Source: an uncultured Gemmatimonadaceae bacterium (lineage in GTDB: Bacteria; Gemmatimonadota; Gemmatimonadetes; Gemmatimonadales; Gemmatimonadaceae). From it: DNA of 64,000 bases. Numbering within the stretch: position 1 is the first letter of the stretch; every line of letters starts with the position of its first letter. A program made the translations under genes and the position numbers. Shown one piece after another: positions 10,829 through 20,365 of this stretch. The stretch is taken from positions 96,001 to 160,000 of the forward strand of contig CAWBOC010000009.1 of NCBI GenBank assembly GCA_963790305.1, in the 5' to 3' direction. The notes below the pieces were generated by a model. That model was not told the DNA's origin. It searched no databases and worked only from the letters and a program-made list of their open reading frames with translations.

Positions 10829-12980
10829 TCACTCCGGCATTGAGACAGCCGGTACTCCCGCCAATCCGAGTTGATCTATCATGAACGCGTACCTGAACGC
10901 GAGCTCTCTGAGGTTGTCGTAGCGGCCCGACGCGCCGCCGTGGCCGGCGCCCATGTTCGTCTTCAGCACGAGGAGGTTGCCGTCCGTCTTGTTGGCGCGG
11001 ATCTTCGCGACCCATTTCGCCGGCTCCCAATACGCCACGCGCGGATCGTTGAGCCCCGTCGTCACCAGCATCGACGGATACGTCTTGCCGACGTTGTCGT
11101 ATGGCGAGTACGACTTCATGTAGGTGTAGTGCTCCTTGACGTGCGGATCGCCCCACTGCTGCCACTCGCCGGCGGTGAGCGGGATCGACGCATCCATCAT
11201 GGTGTTGATGACGTCGACGAACGGCACATCGGCAACGACGACCTTGAACAGGTCGGGACGCATCGTCACTACGGCACCCATCAACAGTCCGCCGGCGCTG
11301 CCGCCGCGAATCGCCAGCTTCTCCTTCGAGGTGTAGCCCTCACGAATCGAGATGCTCCGCCGACGCGATGAAGTCGGTGAAGGTGTTCCGCTTGTTGAGC
11401 ATCTTGCCCTGGTCGTACCACCAGCGTCCCATCTCCTGCCCGCCGCGGATGTGCGCGATCGCATACACGAAGCCGCGATCGAGGAGCGACAGGTTGTTCG
11501 ACGAGAACGTCGGATCGGTGCTCGAGCCGTACGAGCCGTACGAGTAGAGCAGCATCGGACGCGAGCCGTCCTTCACCAGCGGCTTGCGATACACCAGCGA
11601 GACCGGAACCATCACGCCGTCGGAGGCCTTCGCCCACGTCCGCTCGGTGGCATACTGGGATGGATCGTATCCACCCAGGACATCCTGCCGCTTCTTCAGC
11701 TCACGCTGCTTGGTCGCCATCTCGTAGTCGTAGACCGTCGACGGGGTGACGAGCGACGTGTACACGAATCGGAGCGTGCGCGTGTCGAACTCCGGGTTCC
11801 CGCCCCACCGCACGGTGTAGACCGGCTCATCCATCGCGATGTGGTGCTCCGCGCCACTGGCGAAGTCGCGGATGCGGAAGCGCGTAAGGGCCTTATCGCG
11901 TTCCATCAGGACGAGATGATTCCGGAACACGTCGAAGTCGGCGAGGAGCACCGAGTCGCGGTGTGCGACGACCGTCGTCCAGTTCTCAGGCTTCGGATCG
12001 CGGTCCGGCGCGCGCACCAGCTTGAAGTTCGTCGCGTTGTCGTTCGTGCGGATGTAGAAGTGCGTGCCGTGGTGCTCGACCGAGTACTCCACGTTCGGAC
12101 GTCCCGCCGAGATGACCTTCGGAGCCTCCCCGGGACGGTACGCATCGATGTAATACCATGTCGACTGCGTGAAGCTCTCATCGCCGATGAGCAGGAAACG
12201 ATCGTCCTTCGTCTTGGTGATGCCGAGCCCGAACAGCACGTCGGGCTGATGATGGATCATCACATCGCTCGACGTCGGCATGCCGAGCGTGTGGCGGAAG
12301 ATGCGATCGGGGCGCTGGGCAGAATCGGTGCGCGTGTAGAACAGCGTGCGATTGTCGTTCGCCCACTGGATGCCGAAGTGCACATCATGAATCTGATCGG
12401 GGAGCATCGTGTTCCGCGCGATGTTCTTCACGACGAGGGTGAAGTGCTCCGAGCCGCTCGTGTCGACGAGGAAGGCGAACAGCCGGTGATCAGGGCTCAC
12501 CTGCGTTCCACCGAGGCGGAAGTAGCCCTTCCCTGCCGCCATCACGTTCTCATCGAGCAGCACTTCCTCGGGAGCGTCGAGCGATCCCTTCTTGCGCGCG
12601 TAAATCTGATATTGCTTCCCCTCTTCGGTGCGCGTGTAATAGAAGAAGGAATCACGACGCACGGGCACGGTGAGATCGGTCTGCTTGATGCGCCCGAGCA
12701 TCTCCTTGTAGAGCTGCTCCTGCAGCGGCGCGAGATGCTTCGTCATCTGATCCGTGTAGGCGTTCTCCGCCTCGAGATACTTGATGACGTCCGGATTCTT
12801 TCGATCGCGCAGCCAGAAGTAGTTGTCGACGAGGATGTCGCCATGAATCGTGTCCACCTTGGCGACCGGCTTCGCGAGAGGTGGCGCCGGCGTCTGCGCG
12901 ACAGTGGTCGCGAGCGGCGACAGCAGCGCGAGCGTCCACACGAGCGTGCGCGCGCGGATCGAGAACGAGGACCTACTCAT
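10829..12980 (-). CDS. ptrB: S9A oligopeptidase B (prolyl oligopeptidase family) with signal peptide, frameshift near 11345
   Basis: DNYFWLRD, YGSYG, IRGGQEMGR, GGSAGG catalytic Ser, NDPRV, GAGHGG; RBS AGGAGG before ATG 12980. Confidence 0.92.
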
Positions 12981-13018
12981 GAAACCTCCTGAAAGACTCT
13001 TGGACGTGCGAAAAACGA

Positions 13019-13218
13019 GGAACCGCAGATAGCCGCAGATAGCCGCAACAACAACTGCAACCGCAGTTGGCCACGGCTGAACGCGCATAACAGCCACGGA
13101 TTGTTCCGAGTCCGGACTAGCCCTCCTCACGTGAAACATCCTGCTTTTCCGTGAAAACGGTGGCTGGCGTTTTACGCCGTTGCAGTTCTTGCGGCCTTCT
13201 GCGGCCATCTGCGGTTCC
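13019..13218. repeat. Palindromic tandem-repeat element, 10-bp AGCCGCAGAT units, with ~115-nt interior containing a nested CCACGG-type inverted pair
   Basis: GGAACCGCAGAT AGCCGCAGAT AGCCGCAA..AACTGCAAC / GTTGCAGTT C TTGCGGCC TTCTGCGGCC ATCTGCGGTTCC. Confidence 0.85.
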
Positions 13219-13224
13219 ACGGAC

Positions 13225-15207
13225 TCACGACCCCGAAGCAGCAGCGCGAAGCTCCAAAGCGCGTGTCGAAATCTCGTCGCGAACTCGGGCGATGAACTCG
13301 TCCACTGGCACGGGGACAGGATGCTGCTTCTCCCCGGCGCCGCGCACGCTCACCGCGATCGTCCCCTGCTCGGCCTCGCGCTTCCCAACCACGGCGAGAT
13401 ACGGAACCTTGAGCCGCATTCCTTCCGCGATCTTGTACTTCAGCGTCTCCGACCGGTCGTCGAGATGGACGCGGATCCCCGCCTCCGTCATCCGGCGAGC
13501 CGCCTCGGTTGCAGCATCGCGTTGCGCATCGGTGATCGAGATGACGCGCACCTGCTCCGGCGACAGCCAGGTGGGAAACGCGCCGGCGAGATGCTCGATC
13601 AGCGCGCCGATGAACCGCTCGAGCGTCCCGTAAATCGCCCGGTGGATCATCACCGGTCGATGCGGCTTGTTGTCCGCGCCCGCGTACTCCAGCTCGAATC
13701 GATCGGGAAGCTGGAAATCGAGCTGGATGGTGGGGCCCTGCCAGAGTCGCCCAATCGCGTCCCTGAACTTCACGTCAATCTTTGGCCCGTAGAAGGCACC
13801 ACCGCCAGCGTCAATACGGTAAGGAATCTGTTTGCGCTCGAGCGCTCGCTTGAGCGTATCCTCGGCACGATCCCATGCGGCGTCGTCGCCCAGCTTTTCG
13901 GGCGGCCTCGTGGAGACCTCGAAGTCCAGGTCGAACCCGAATGTCTGCCTGATGAGCCGCTCGACCTGATCGAGACAAAGAAAAATCTCATCCTCTGCCT
14001 GATCGAGCGTGCAGAAGATGTGGGCATCGTCCATCGACAGCATGCGGACGCGCAGCAGGCCATGCAGGACCCCCGACTTCTCGTTGCGATAGACGTTCGC
14101 TACCTCCGAGAGCCGCAACGGCAGATCGCGGTAGCTCCGAGGCTGCGACTTGTAGATCAGAGCGTGCATCGGGCAGTTCATCGGCTTCACGCGATACCGC
14201 ACGTTCTCCGATTCTCCCGCGCCAGCCGCCATCGGCGGATACTGGTTCGCCTCGTACAGCGGGAGATGTCCCGAGACGTGAAACAGCTCCTCGCGCGTGA
14301 TGTTCGGCGTGTACACGAGCTCGTAGCCGTTGGCGACGTTGTCGTCCTCGACCGCTCGCGAGAGCAGCCACTTGATCTTCGCCCCTCGTGGGTGCCAGAA
14401 GACCAGGCCGGGACCAACGATGTCCTGGATCGAAAAAAGATCGAGCTGCTTGCCGATCACGCGGTGGTCGCGGCGCTTCGCCTCCTCGATGCGATGCAGG
14501 TGCGTCTCGAGCTCTTCCTTCTTGAAGAAGGCGGTGCCGTAGATGCGCTGCAGCGTCTGTCGCTTCTCGTCGCCACGCCAGTACGCTGCCGCGGTCGAGA
14601 GCAGCTTGAAGTGCTTGACGTACGATGTGTCGGGCACGTGCGGTCCCCGGCAGAGATCCACGAACGGCCCGTCCGTATAGACCGAGATGACTTCGTCAGC
14701 GCCAAGCTCCTCGAGTCGTTCGAGCTTGAGCGGGTCGTCGGCGAAGCGGCGCCGCGCAGCAGGCTTGTCCACTTCCTCCCGCACGAACGGCAGCTTCTCG
14801 GCCACGACCTTCCGCATCTCGTCCTCGAACACCGCGACATCATCGGGCGTGAAGGGTCGCGTCACCTCGAAGTCGTAGTAGAACCCGTCCTCGATTGCCG
14901 GTCCAAATCCGATCTTGGCGTCAGGGCGCAGGCGTCGCACCGCGGTCGCGAGGATGTGCGCGGCCGAGTGGCGGAGCACATCGAGCGACGTCGCGTCGCG
15001 TTCCGTGAGCACTTTGAACGAGCCGCTTTCACGGATGGGTGTGGCGAGGTCCTGGATATGGCCATTCACCTCGACGGCAATCGCCGCGCGAAGCAGCCCC
15101 GCCCCGATCGAGGCGACGACGTCGCGAGGGAGAGCGCCGTGCTCGACCTCGCGGGTCGAGCCGTCGGGCAACTTCAGCGTCAGCATGTCGGTGGCGCTTT
15201 CAATCAC
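13225..15207 (-). CDS. thrS: Threonine--tRNA ligase
   Basis: TGS domain, RHSAAHILA, DLCRGPHVP, RDHRVIG, KPMNCPMH, GAFYGPKID, IHRAIYGTLERF. Confidence 0.98.
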   Translation of the reverse strand: MIESATDMLTLKLPDGSTREVEHGALPRDVVASIGAGLLRAAIAVEVNGHIQDLATPIRESGSFKVLTERDATSLDVLRHSAAHILATAVRRLRPDAKIGFGPAIEDGFYYDFEVTRPFTPDDVAVFEDEMRKVVAEKLPFVREEVDKPAARRRFADDPLKLERLEELGADEVISVYTDGPFVDLCRGPHVPDTSYVKHFKLLSTAAAYWRGDEKRQTLQRIYGTAFFKKEELETHLHRIEEAKRRDHRVIGKQLDLFSIQDIVGPGLVFWHPRGAKIKWLLSRAVEDDNVANGYELVYTPNITREELFHVSGHLPLYEANQYPPMAAGAGESENVRYRVKPMNCPMHALIYKSQPRSYRDLPLRLSEVANVYRNEKSGVLHGLLRVRMLSMDDAHIFCTLDQAEDEIFLCLDQVERLIRQTFGFDLDFEVSTRPPEKLGDDAAWDRAEDTLKRALERKQIPYRIDAGGGAFYGPKIDVKFRDAIGRLWQGPTIQLDFQLPDRFELEYAGADNKPHRPVMIHRAIYGTLERFIGALIEHLAGAFPTWLSPEQVRVISITDAQRDAATEAARRMTEAGIRVHLDDRSETLKYKIAEGMRLKVPYLAVVGKREAEQGTIAVSVRGAGEKQHPVPVPVDEFIARVRDEISTRALELRAAASGS

Positions 15208-15356
15208 GAAGAAATCCCGTGGATGACCGAGGGCGTCTCCCGCGCGAAGCGGAAGTACAGGTACAGTCCGATGAGCAGCAGCACCGCCGCGATGAGCCAG
15301 ATCACCGCGCGGCCGGCGTATCCTCGCTCCGGACGAGAGGGCTCAGGTGAGGTCAT
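15204..15356 (-). CDS. Small single-TM membrane protein (50 aa)
   Basis: AVIWLIAAVLLLIGLYLYF hydrophobic helix; stop overlaps thrS GTG (GTGA). Confidence 0.6.
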   Translation of the reverse strand: MTSPEPSRPERGYAGRAVIWLIAAVLLLIGLYLYFRFARETPSVIHGISS

Positions 15357-15471
15357 TGCGTGATTTCGAAGGGGCGAACGGGAGGCGGTAGGTGGCCTTC
15401 TTCTTGCCTCTACTCGCGCGTACTCACCCAGAAAGCTACCCTTACGATACAACCTCCGCCACAGGGGAAGC

Positions 15472-16260
15472 ATGGCTCCATTTCGGTATCGGGACGAGGG
15501 CGAGTCTCTCGGCGGCGCTCTCGCGAAGATCGGGGTTGGTGCCGCCGCCGGTTTCGTCGTCGGCGTCATCATGGCGCAGAAGGTCGGCGGCATCTCGGGA
15601 CTCTCGTCCAGGCTTCGTGACAAGATCGCAGGCCTCGGCGGCGACGACGTCGATCGCTACCGCGTATCGCGCGGCCTCACCGCTGACGACGGCCTCGACA
15701 CCATGCTCGAGGAGCGCGTTCTCGAGGCCTTCCGCAATGATCCGATCCTGAGCGAGCGCGGCATCGATATCGGGTCGGTCGGCGAGGGAACGATCGAGCT
15801 GACGGGCTGGGTCGAGACACCGGACGAATCCGAGCGAGCGACGACGATCACGCGCGGAGTTCCCGGCATTGAGACCGTCGTGAATCGCATCATCGTTGGG
15901 GAGGAGGAAGACATGCTCGATGAGAATGCGCGGCGCCACGCCGAAGGAGACCCCGCACTGAACGAAGGGCGCTGGGAAGGTCAGCGGGTCGGAACGGGCC
16001 GCCGGCGCCAGGGGAATTCGGAGGAGCTCGACCGTCACGCGGATCCCAAGCCCGAGCTCGAGAACCGTTGGCTCGCCGAGCAGCACGCGCTCGAACAGGC
16101 GGCGGACGACACGCCGGATACGGGCGTGCGCCGCAGCACGACTCGCAAGGCGCGCCGCGGCGGCCGCGCTGACGGAAGCCCGGTCGCACCGACGGGCGTC
16201 CCGAAGGCCGACCACGTAGCGGATCCGCTCGGAGTCGAGGAGCCGCCGAGGGCGGACTAG
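15472..16260 (+). CDS. BON domain membrane-anchored protein
   Basis: N-terminal TM; LEERVLEAFRNDPIL...IELTGWV...GVPGIETVVNRI BON fold; acidic disordered tail. Confidence 0.85.
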   Translation: MAPFRYRDEGESLGGALAKIGVGAAAGFVVGVIMAQKVGGISGLSSRLRDKIAGLGGDDVDRYRVSRGLTADDGLDTMLEERVLEAFRNDPILSERGIDIGSVGEGTIELTGWVETPDESERATTITRGVPGIETVVNRIIVGEEEDMLDENARRHAEGDPALNEGRWEGQRVGTGRRRQGNSEELDRHADPKPELENRWLAEQHALEQAADDTPDTGVRRSTTRKARRGGRADGSPVAPTGVPKADHVADPLGVEEPPRAD

Positions 16261-16416
16261 GAGCTAGGGGTCAGGAGTCAGGAGTCAGGGATGGAAAGGC
16301 AAACGGCCGCGCAGCGCGCGGCCGTTTGCTCATCCGATGAGTGCCGCACGCGCGAAGCGCGGCGGCACCTTTCCTCCCCTGACCCCTGACTCCTGACCCC
16401 TGACCCCTTACTCCAG
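16255..16416. repeat. Palindromic tandem-repeat element, 7-bp GG(A/G)GTCA units, enclosing a perfect four-way junction
   Basis: GGGGTCA GGAGTCA GGAGTCA arm / TGACCCC TGACTCC TGACCCC arm; three internal hairpins 16300-16367. Confidence 0.9.
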
Positions 16417-16442
16417 CCCGACGCTTAGACTTTTTTTCACTC

Positions 16443-19244
16443 ATGCCGAGCTCCTCCCTCGATTCCCTCTCCGCCCAGTTCGACCCTGTCGCCATCGAGC
16501 GCCCGATCTACGAGCGCTGGCGCGCAGCAGGCGTGTTTACCGCCATTGCCGCGCGATCCAATCGAGTGGGCGGGGATCGCGAGCCGTTCACGATCGTGAT
16601 CCCGCCGCCGAACGTCACGGCGGTGCTGCACATGGGGCATGGCCTCGACAACGTTGCGCAGGACGTGCTCATGCGGTGGCGCCGCATGGCCGGCGACGAG
16701 GCGCTGTGGGTGCCTGGGACCGATCACGCCGGCATCGCGACGCAGAACGTCGTCGAGAAGCTCATCTGGAACACGGAGCGGAAAACCCGGTTCGACGTTG
16801 GGCGGGAGGAGTTCGTCAAGCGCACCGAGGCGTTCGTGCGTGAAACCGGTGGAGCGATCCTGAAGCAGCTCGAGGCGATCGGAAGCTCGTGCGACTGGTC
16901 GCGCACTGCCTACACGCTCTCGCCCGAGCTGTCGCGCGCGGTGCGCGAAGCATTCGTCCGGCTGTACGAGAAGGGGCTCGTCTACCGCGGTCACCGGGTG
17001 ATCCATTGGTGCCCGCGGTGCCTCACGTCGCTGTCCGACGAGGAGGCCGAGCCGCACGAGACCACCGGCAAGCTGTACCACATCGCGTATCCGCTTGCGG
17101 ACGCGCCGGAGCGCTCGCTGGTCATCGCCACGACGCGGCCCGAGACGATGCTCGGTGACGTCGCGGTCGCCGTGAATCCGAATGACGAACGCTATCGCGA
17201 CCTCATCGGTCGCCGCGTCGTGCTGCCGATCGTGAATCTCGAGATTCCGGTCATTGCCGACGACTACGCCGATCCGGCGTTCGGCACCGGGGTCGTGAAG
17301 ATCACCCCCGCCCACGATGCGAACGACTTCGATGTCGGGATGCGGCACACCTTGCCGATGCCGGTGATCATCGATGAGCACGCCGTGGTGCGCGAGGTGA
17401 GTGATGCGCAGGGGCGCGTGCCTGACGAGCTCCACGGGCTCGATCGCTTCGAGGCGCGCGAGCGCATCGTCGAGCGGCTGCGCGCAAACGGCCAGCTCGT
17501 GAACGTCGAAACACATCACCATTCGGTTCGGCGATGCTATCGCTGCGACACCGTCGTCGAGCCGCGCCTGAGCGACCAGTGGTTCGTGCGCATGAAGCCG
17601 CTCGCCGAGCCGGCCCTCCAGGCGGTGCGCGACGGCACGATTCGCATCGTTCCGGATCGGTGGGAGGGCGTCTACGTCCACTGGATGGAGAACATCCGCG
17701 ACTGGAATATCTCGCGGCAGCTCTGGTGGGGACACCGCATTCCGGTGTGGTACTGCGACGCCTGCGGGACGCAAACCGCCAGCCGAACGGACATCGATCG
17801 GTGTCCGAAGTGCGCGGGCGCGGTTCGTCAGGATGAAGACGTGCTCGACACCTGGTTCTCGTCCTGGCTGTGGCCGCTCTCGACGCTCGGCTGGCCCGAC
17901 GCGAATGCACCTGACTATCGCGCCTTTTATCCCACGGATGTCCTCGTCACCGGGCCGGACATCCTGTTCTTCTGGGTCGCCCGCATGATCATGGCCGGCT
18001 ACTTCCTCGACGGCCGGCACGCGTTCCATACCGTGTTTCTCCACGGCATCGTGCGCGACACGCAGCATCGCAAGATGTCCAAGTCGCTCGCGAACGGAAT
18101 CGACCCCCTGGACGTGGTCAACCTGTACGGGGCCGATGCGCTGCGGTGGACAGTGGTCTCGGGGATGGGACTCGGCGTCGATCAGATTCTCGACCCGAAC
18201 AACCTCGAGCAGTCGTTCTCGCCCGGCCGCAACTTCGCCACGAAGCTCTGGAACATCGGCCGGTTCCTGTTAGGCAACCTCGGCGGCGACGAGGTGCTGC
18301 CGCTGACCGAGATGGACACGGCCCGCCTCACGCGCGCTGATCGGTGGATTCTTTCGCGGCTCAACGACGCCATCACGAACATCGAGTCGGCGTTGGGAGC
18401 CGCGCGCCCACCGCGAGGAGTCGTCGGGCGGTGGCCCGAAGGCTCGGCGCGCCTCGGCATGCGCCTCGACGCCTATGCCGAGGTCGCGCGTCGCTTCGTC
18501 TGGGACGAGGTTGCCGACTGGTACGTCGAGGTGTCGAAGGGCCGGCTTGGCGAGAATAGCCCTGACCGCGACGTCGCACGCGCCGTGCTCGTGCATGTGT
18601 TCGATCGCGCACTGCGACTGCTGCACCCGATCGTCCCGTTCATTACCGAGGCGCTCTGGCAGCGTCTTCCCGGCCGGCGCGAGGATGAGCTTCTTGCCGC
18701 GGCCGCGTGGCCGGTCGTTGACGAGCGACTGGGCGCTGTGGAGCGCGAGTTCGAGGAGGTTCGCGCCGCGGTGACCGCCATTCGTCGGCTGCGGGCCGAA
18801 TACGCGGTTCCGCCTGGAACGGTGGTGGATGTATCCCTGTCCCCGCCGGCAGAAGCGGCCGGTCTTGCCGCGGCCAACGGACGATGGGCGGAGATCGCAC
18901 TCCGTGAGGAGGCAGCGCTCATTGGCCGCCTGACGAGGAGCCGCGTGGTGATTGCCGCGCAAGCACCCACCGGTGCCGCGGCGCACGCCGTCCTCCCGAG
19001 TCATTGGTCGATCATCGTCCCGCTGGAGGGCCTCATCGATGTGAGGCGCGAATGCGAACGCCAACGCGGCGAGCTAGCTAATCTCGAGAAGCAGCTGAGC
19101 GCGCTCGGCGCTCGCCTGGAGAACTCCAACTTTCTCTCGCGCGCAAAGCCCGAGATCGTCGAGGCGGAGCGGGCCAAGCACCGGGAGTGGTCGGCGCGGC
19201 GTCTCGTCCTCGCGGAGAAGGTGAAAGCGCTGTGCGGCGACTGA
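16443..19244 (+). CDS. valS: Valine--tRNA ligase
   Basis: PPPNVT..HMGH, GTDHAGIATQ, DWNISRQLWWGH, KMSKS, C-terminal coiled coil. Confidence 0.98.
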   Translation: MPSSSLDSLSAQFDPVAIERPIYERWRAAGVFTAIAARSNRVGGDREPFTIVIPPPNVTAVLHMGHGLDNVAQDVLMRWRRMAGDEALWVPGTDHAGIATQNVVEKLIWNTERKTRFDVGREEFVKRTEAFVRETGGAILKQLEAIGSSCDWSRTAYTLSPELSRAVREAFVRLYEKGLVYRGHRVIHWCPRCLTSLSDEEAEPHETTGKLYHIAYPLADAPERSLVIATTRPETMLGDVAVAVNPNDERYRDLIGRRVVLPIVNLEIPVIADDYADPAFGTGVVKITPAHDANDFDVGMRHTLPMPVIIDEHAVVREVSDAQGRVPDELHGLDRFEARERIVERLRANGQLVNVETHHHSVRRCYRCDTVVEPRLSDQWFVRMKPLAEPALQAVRDGTIRIVPDRWEGVYVHWMENIRDWNISRQLWWGHRIPVWYCDACGTQTASRTDIDRCPKCAGAVRQDEDVLDTWFSSWLWPLSTLGWPDANAPDYRAFYPTDVLVTGPDILFFWVARMIMAGYFLDGRHAFHTVFLHGIVRDTQHRKMSKSLANGIDPLDVVNLYGADALRWTVVSGMGLGVDQILDPNNLEQSFSPGRNFATKLWNIGRFLLGNLGGDEVLPLTEMDTARLTRADRWILSRLNDAITNIESALGAARPPRGVVGRWPEGSARLGMRLDAYAEVARRFVWDEVADWYVEVSKGRLGENSPDRDVARAVLVHVFDRALRLLHPIVPFITEALWQRLPGRREDELLAAAAWPVVDERLGAVEREFEEVRAAVTAIRRLRAEYAVPPGTVVDVSLSPPAEAAGLAAANGRWAEIALREEAALIGRLTRSRVVIAAQAPTGAAAHAVLPSHWSIIVPLEGLIDVRRECERQRGELANLEKQLSALGARLENSNFLSRAKPEIVEAERAKHREWSARRLVLAEKVKALCGD

Positions 19245-20365
19245 TCGCCCTCGCCGCGCTGCTCGCGTGCGCGTCACAGGGTGATCCGCCAGGCGGCCCG
19301 CCCGACGCGGTGCCACCCGTGCTCGTCGCCATCGTCCCCGAAAGCGGCGCCGTCAACATGCGGCCGGAGCGGGTGGAGTTTCGCTTCGATGAGGTCGTGA
19401 GCGAACGCCCGGCCGGCGCAGCGTCCCTCGACCAGCTCGTCCTCATTTCGCCGAGCGACGGATTACCTCGCGTGGATTGGCGGCGCCGGTCGATCGCGGT
19501 TCGCCCCCGGCACGAGTGGAAGGCGAACGCGGTCTACACGGTGACACTCCTGCGCGGCATCACCGACTTGCGCGGGAACGTGATGAACGAGGGCGCCTCC
19601 GTGATCTTCGCGACCGGACCGACGATTCCCGATACCCGCATTGCCGGCCTGCTCTACGACTGGGTGGCGGGAGCGCCCGCTCGCGCGGGGGCGGTCGAGG
19701 CAATCGCGCTGCCTGACAGTGTCGTGTATGTCGCGCGAACCGACACTGCCGGTCGGTTCGCGCTCGCCCACCTGCCGCCAGGATCGTACGCGCTGCGTGC
19801 GTGGATCGACGCGAACAACAACCGTGATCTCGATCCGCGTGAGGCATACGACAGCGTGGCTGTCGCGCTGCGCGATACCGCCTCGGTGACGCTGCTCGCA
19901 TTCGTCCACGATACACTCCCGCTACGCATCAACACCGTGGACGTCGTCGACTCCACGACCTTGCGCGTGGAGCTCAGCCAGCCGCTCGATCCCGAGCAGG
20001 CTCTGGACACGACACTGTTCCGTCTCACCGCGGCCGACTCGAGCGCCGTCGCACTGCGGACGGTTCTCGCCGCGGTCGCGTGGGACCGGGCGCAGGCCGA
20101 CTCGATCGCGCGCGCCGACACGACGCGTCGCCCTCCGGCACGGCAGGTGCCCCCCGCCCCACGCGACTCGGTGGTGCTTCCCCGCCCGGTGCCGGTGTCG
20201 CGCTTTGTCGTGGTAACCGCCCTGCCGCTGCAACCCGAGACGTCGTACCGGCTCATCGCCGTGGAAGCGCGCAACCTGCTTGGCCGTGCCGGCACGAGCG
20301 CGCGCGTGTTCACGACGCCGCGTCGCGCGCCTGCTGACACGACGCGACAGGCTCCGCCGCCATGA
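19232..20365 (+). CDS. Lipoprotein with Ig-like (Big_5-type) domain
   Basis: LLAC lipobox then ASQGDPPGGPPD; FRFDEVV...YTVTL...ITDLRGN Ig-like pattern. Confidence 0.75.
   Translation: MRRLIALAALLACASQGDPPGGPPDAVPPVLVAIVPESGAVNMRPERVEFRFDEVVSERPAGAASLDQLVLISPSDGLPRVDWRRRSIAVRPRHEWKANAVYTVTLLRGITDLRGNVMNEGASVIFATGPTIPDTRIAGLLYDWVAGAPARAGAVEAIALPDSVVYVARTDTAGRFALAHLPPGSYALRAWIDANNNRDLDPREAYDSVAVALRDTASVTLLAFVHDTLPLRINTVDVVDSTTLRVELSQPLDPEQALDTTLFRLTAADSSAVALRTVLAAVAWDRAQADSIARADTTRRPPARQVPPAPRDSVVLPRPVPVSRFVVVTALPLQPETSYRLIAVEARNLLGRAGTSARVFTTPRRAPADTTRQAPPP

Noticed and set aside
16329..16374. Hammerhead ribozyme or T-box in the valS leader
   Set aside because: CCGATGAG is not CTGATGAG and no GAAA follows the stem; there is no T-box consensus or specifier stem.
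11352..18068. Long antisense ORFs (e.g. 11352..12992, 13180..15363, 16437..18068)
   Set aside because: Shadow frames of high-GC coding genes (ptrB, thrS, valS) with no recognisable motifs.
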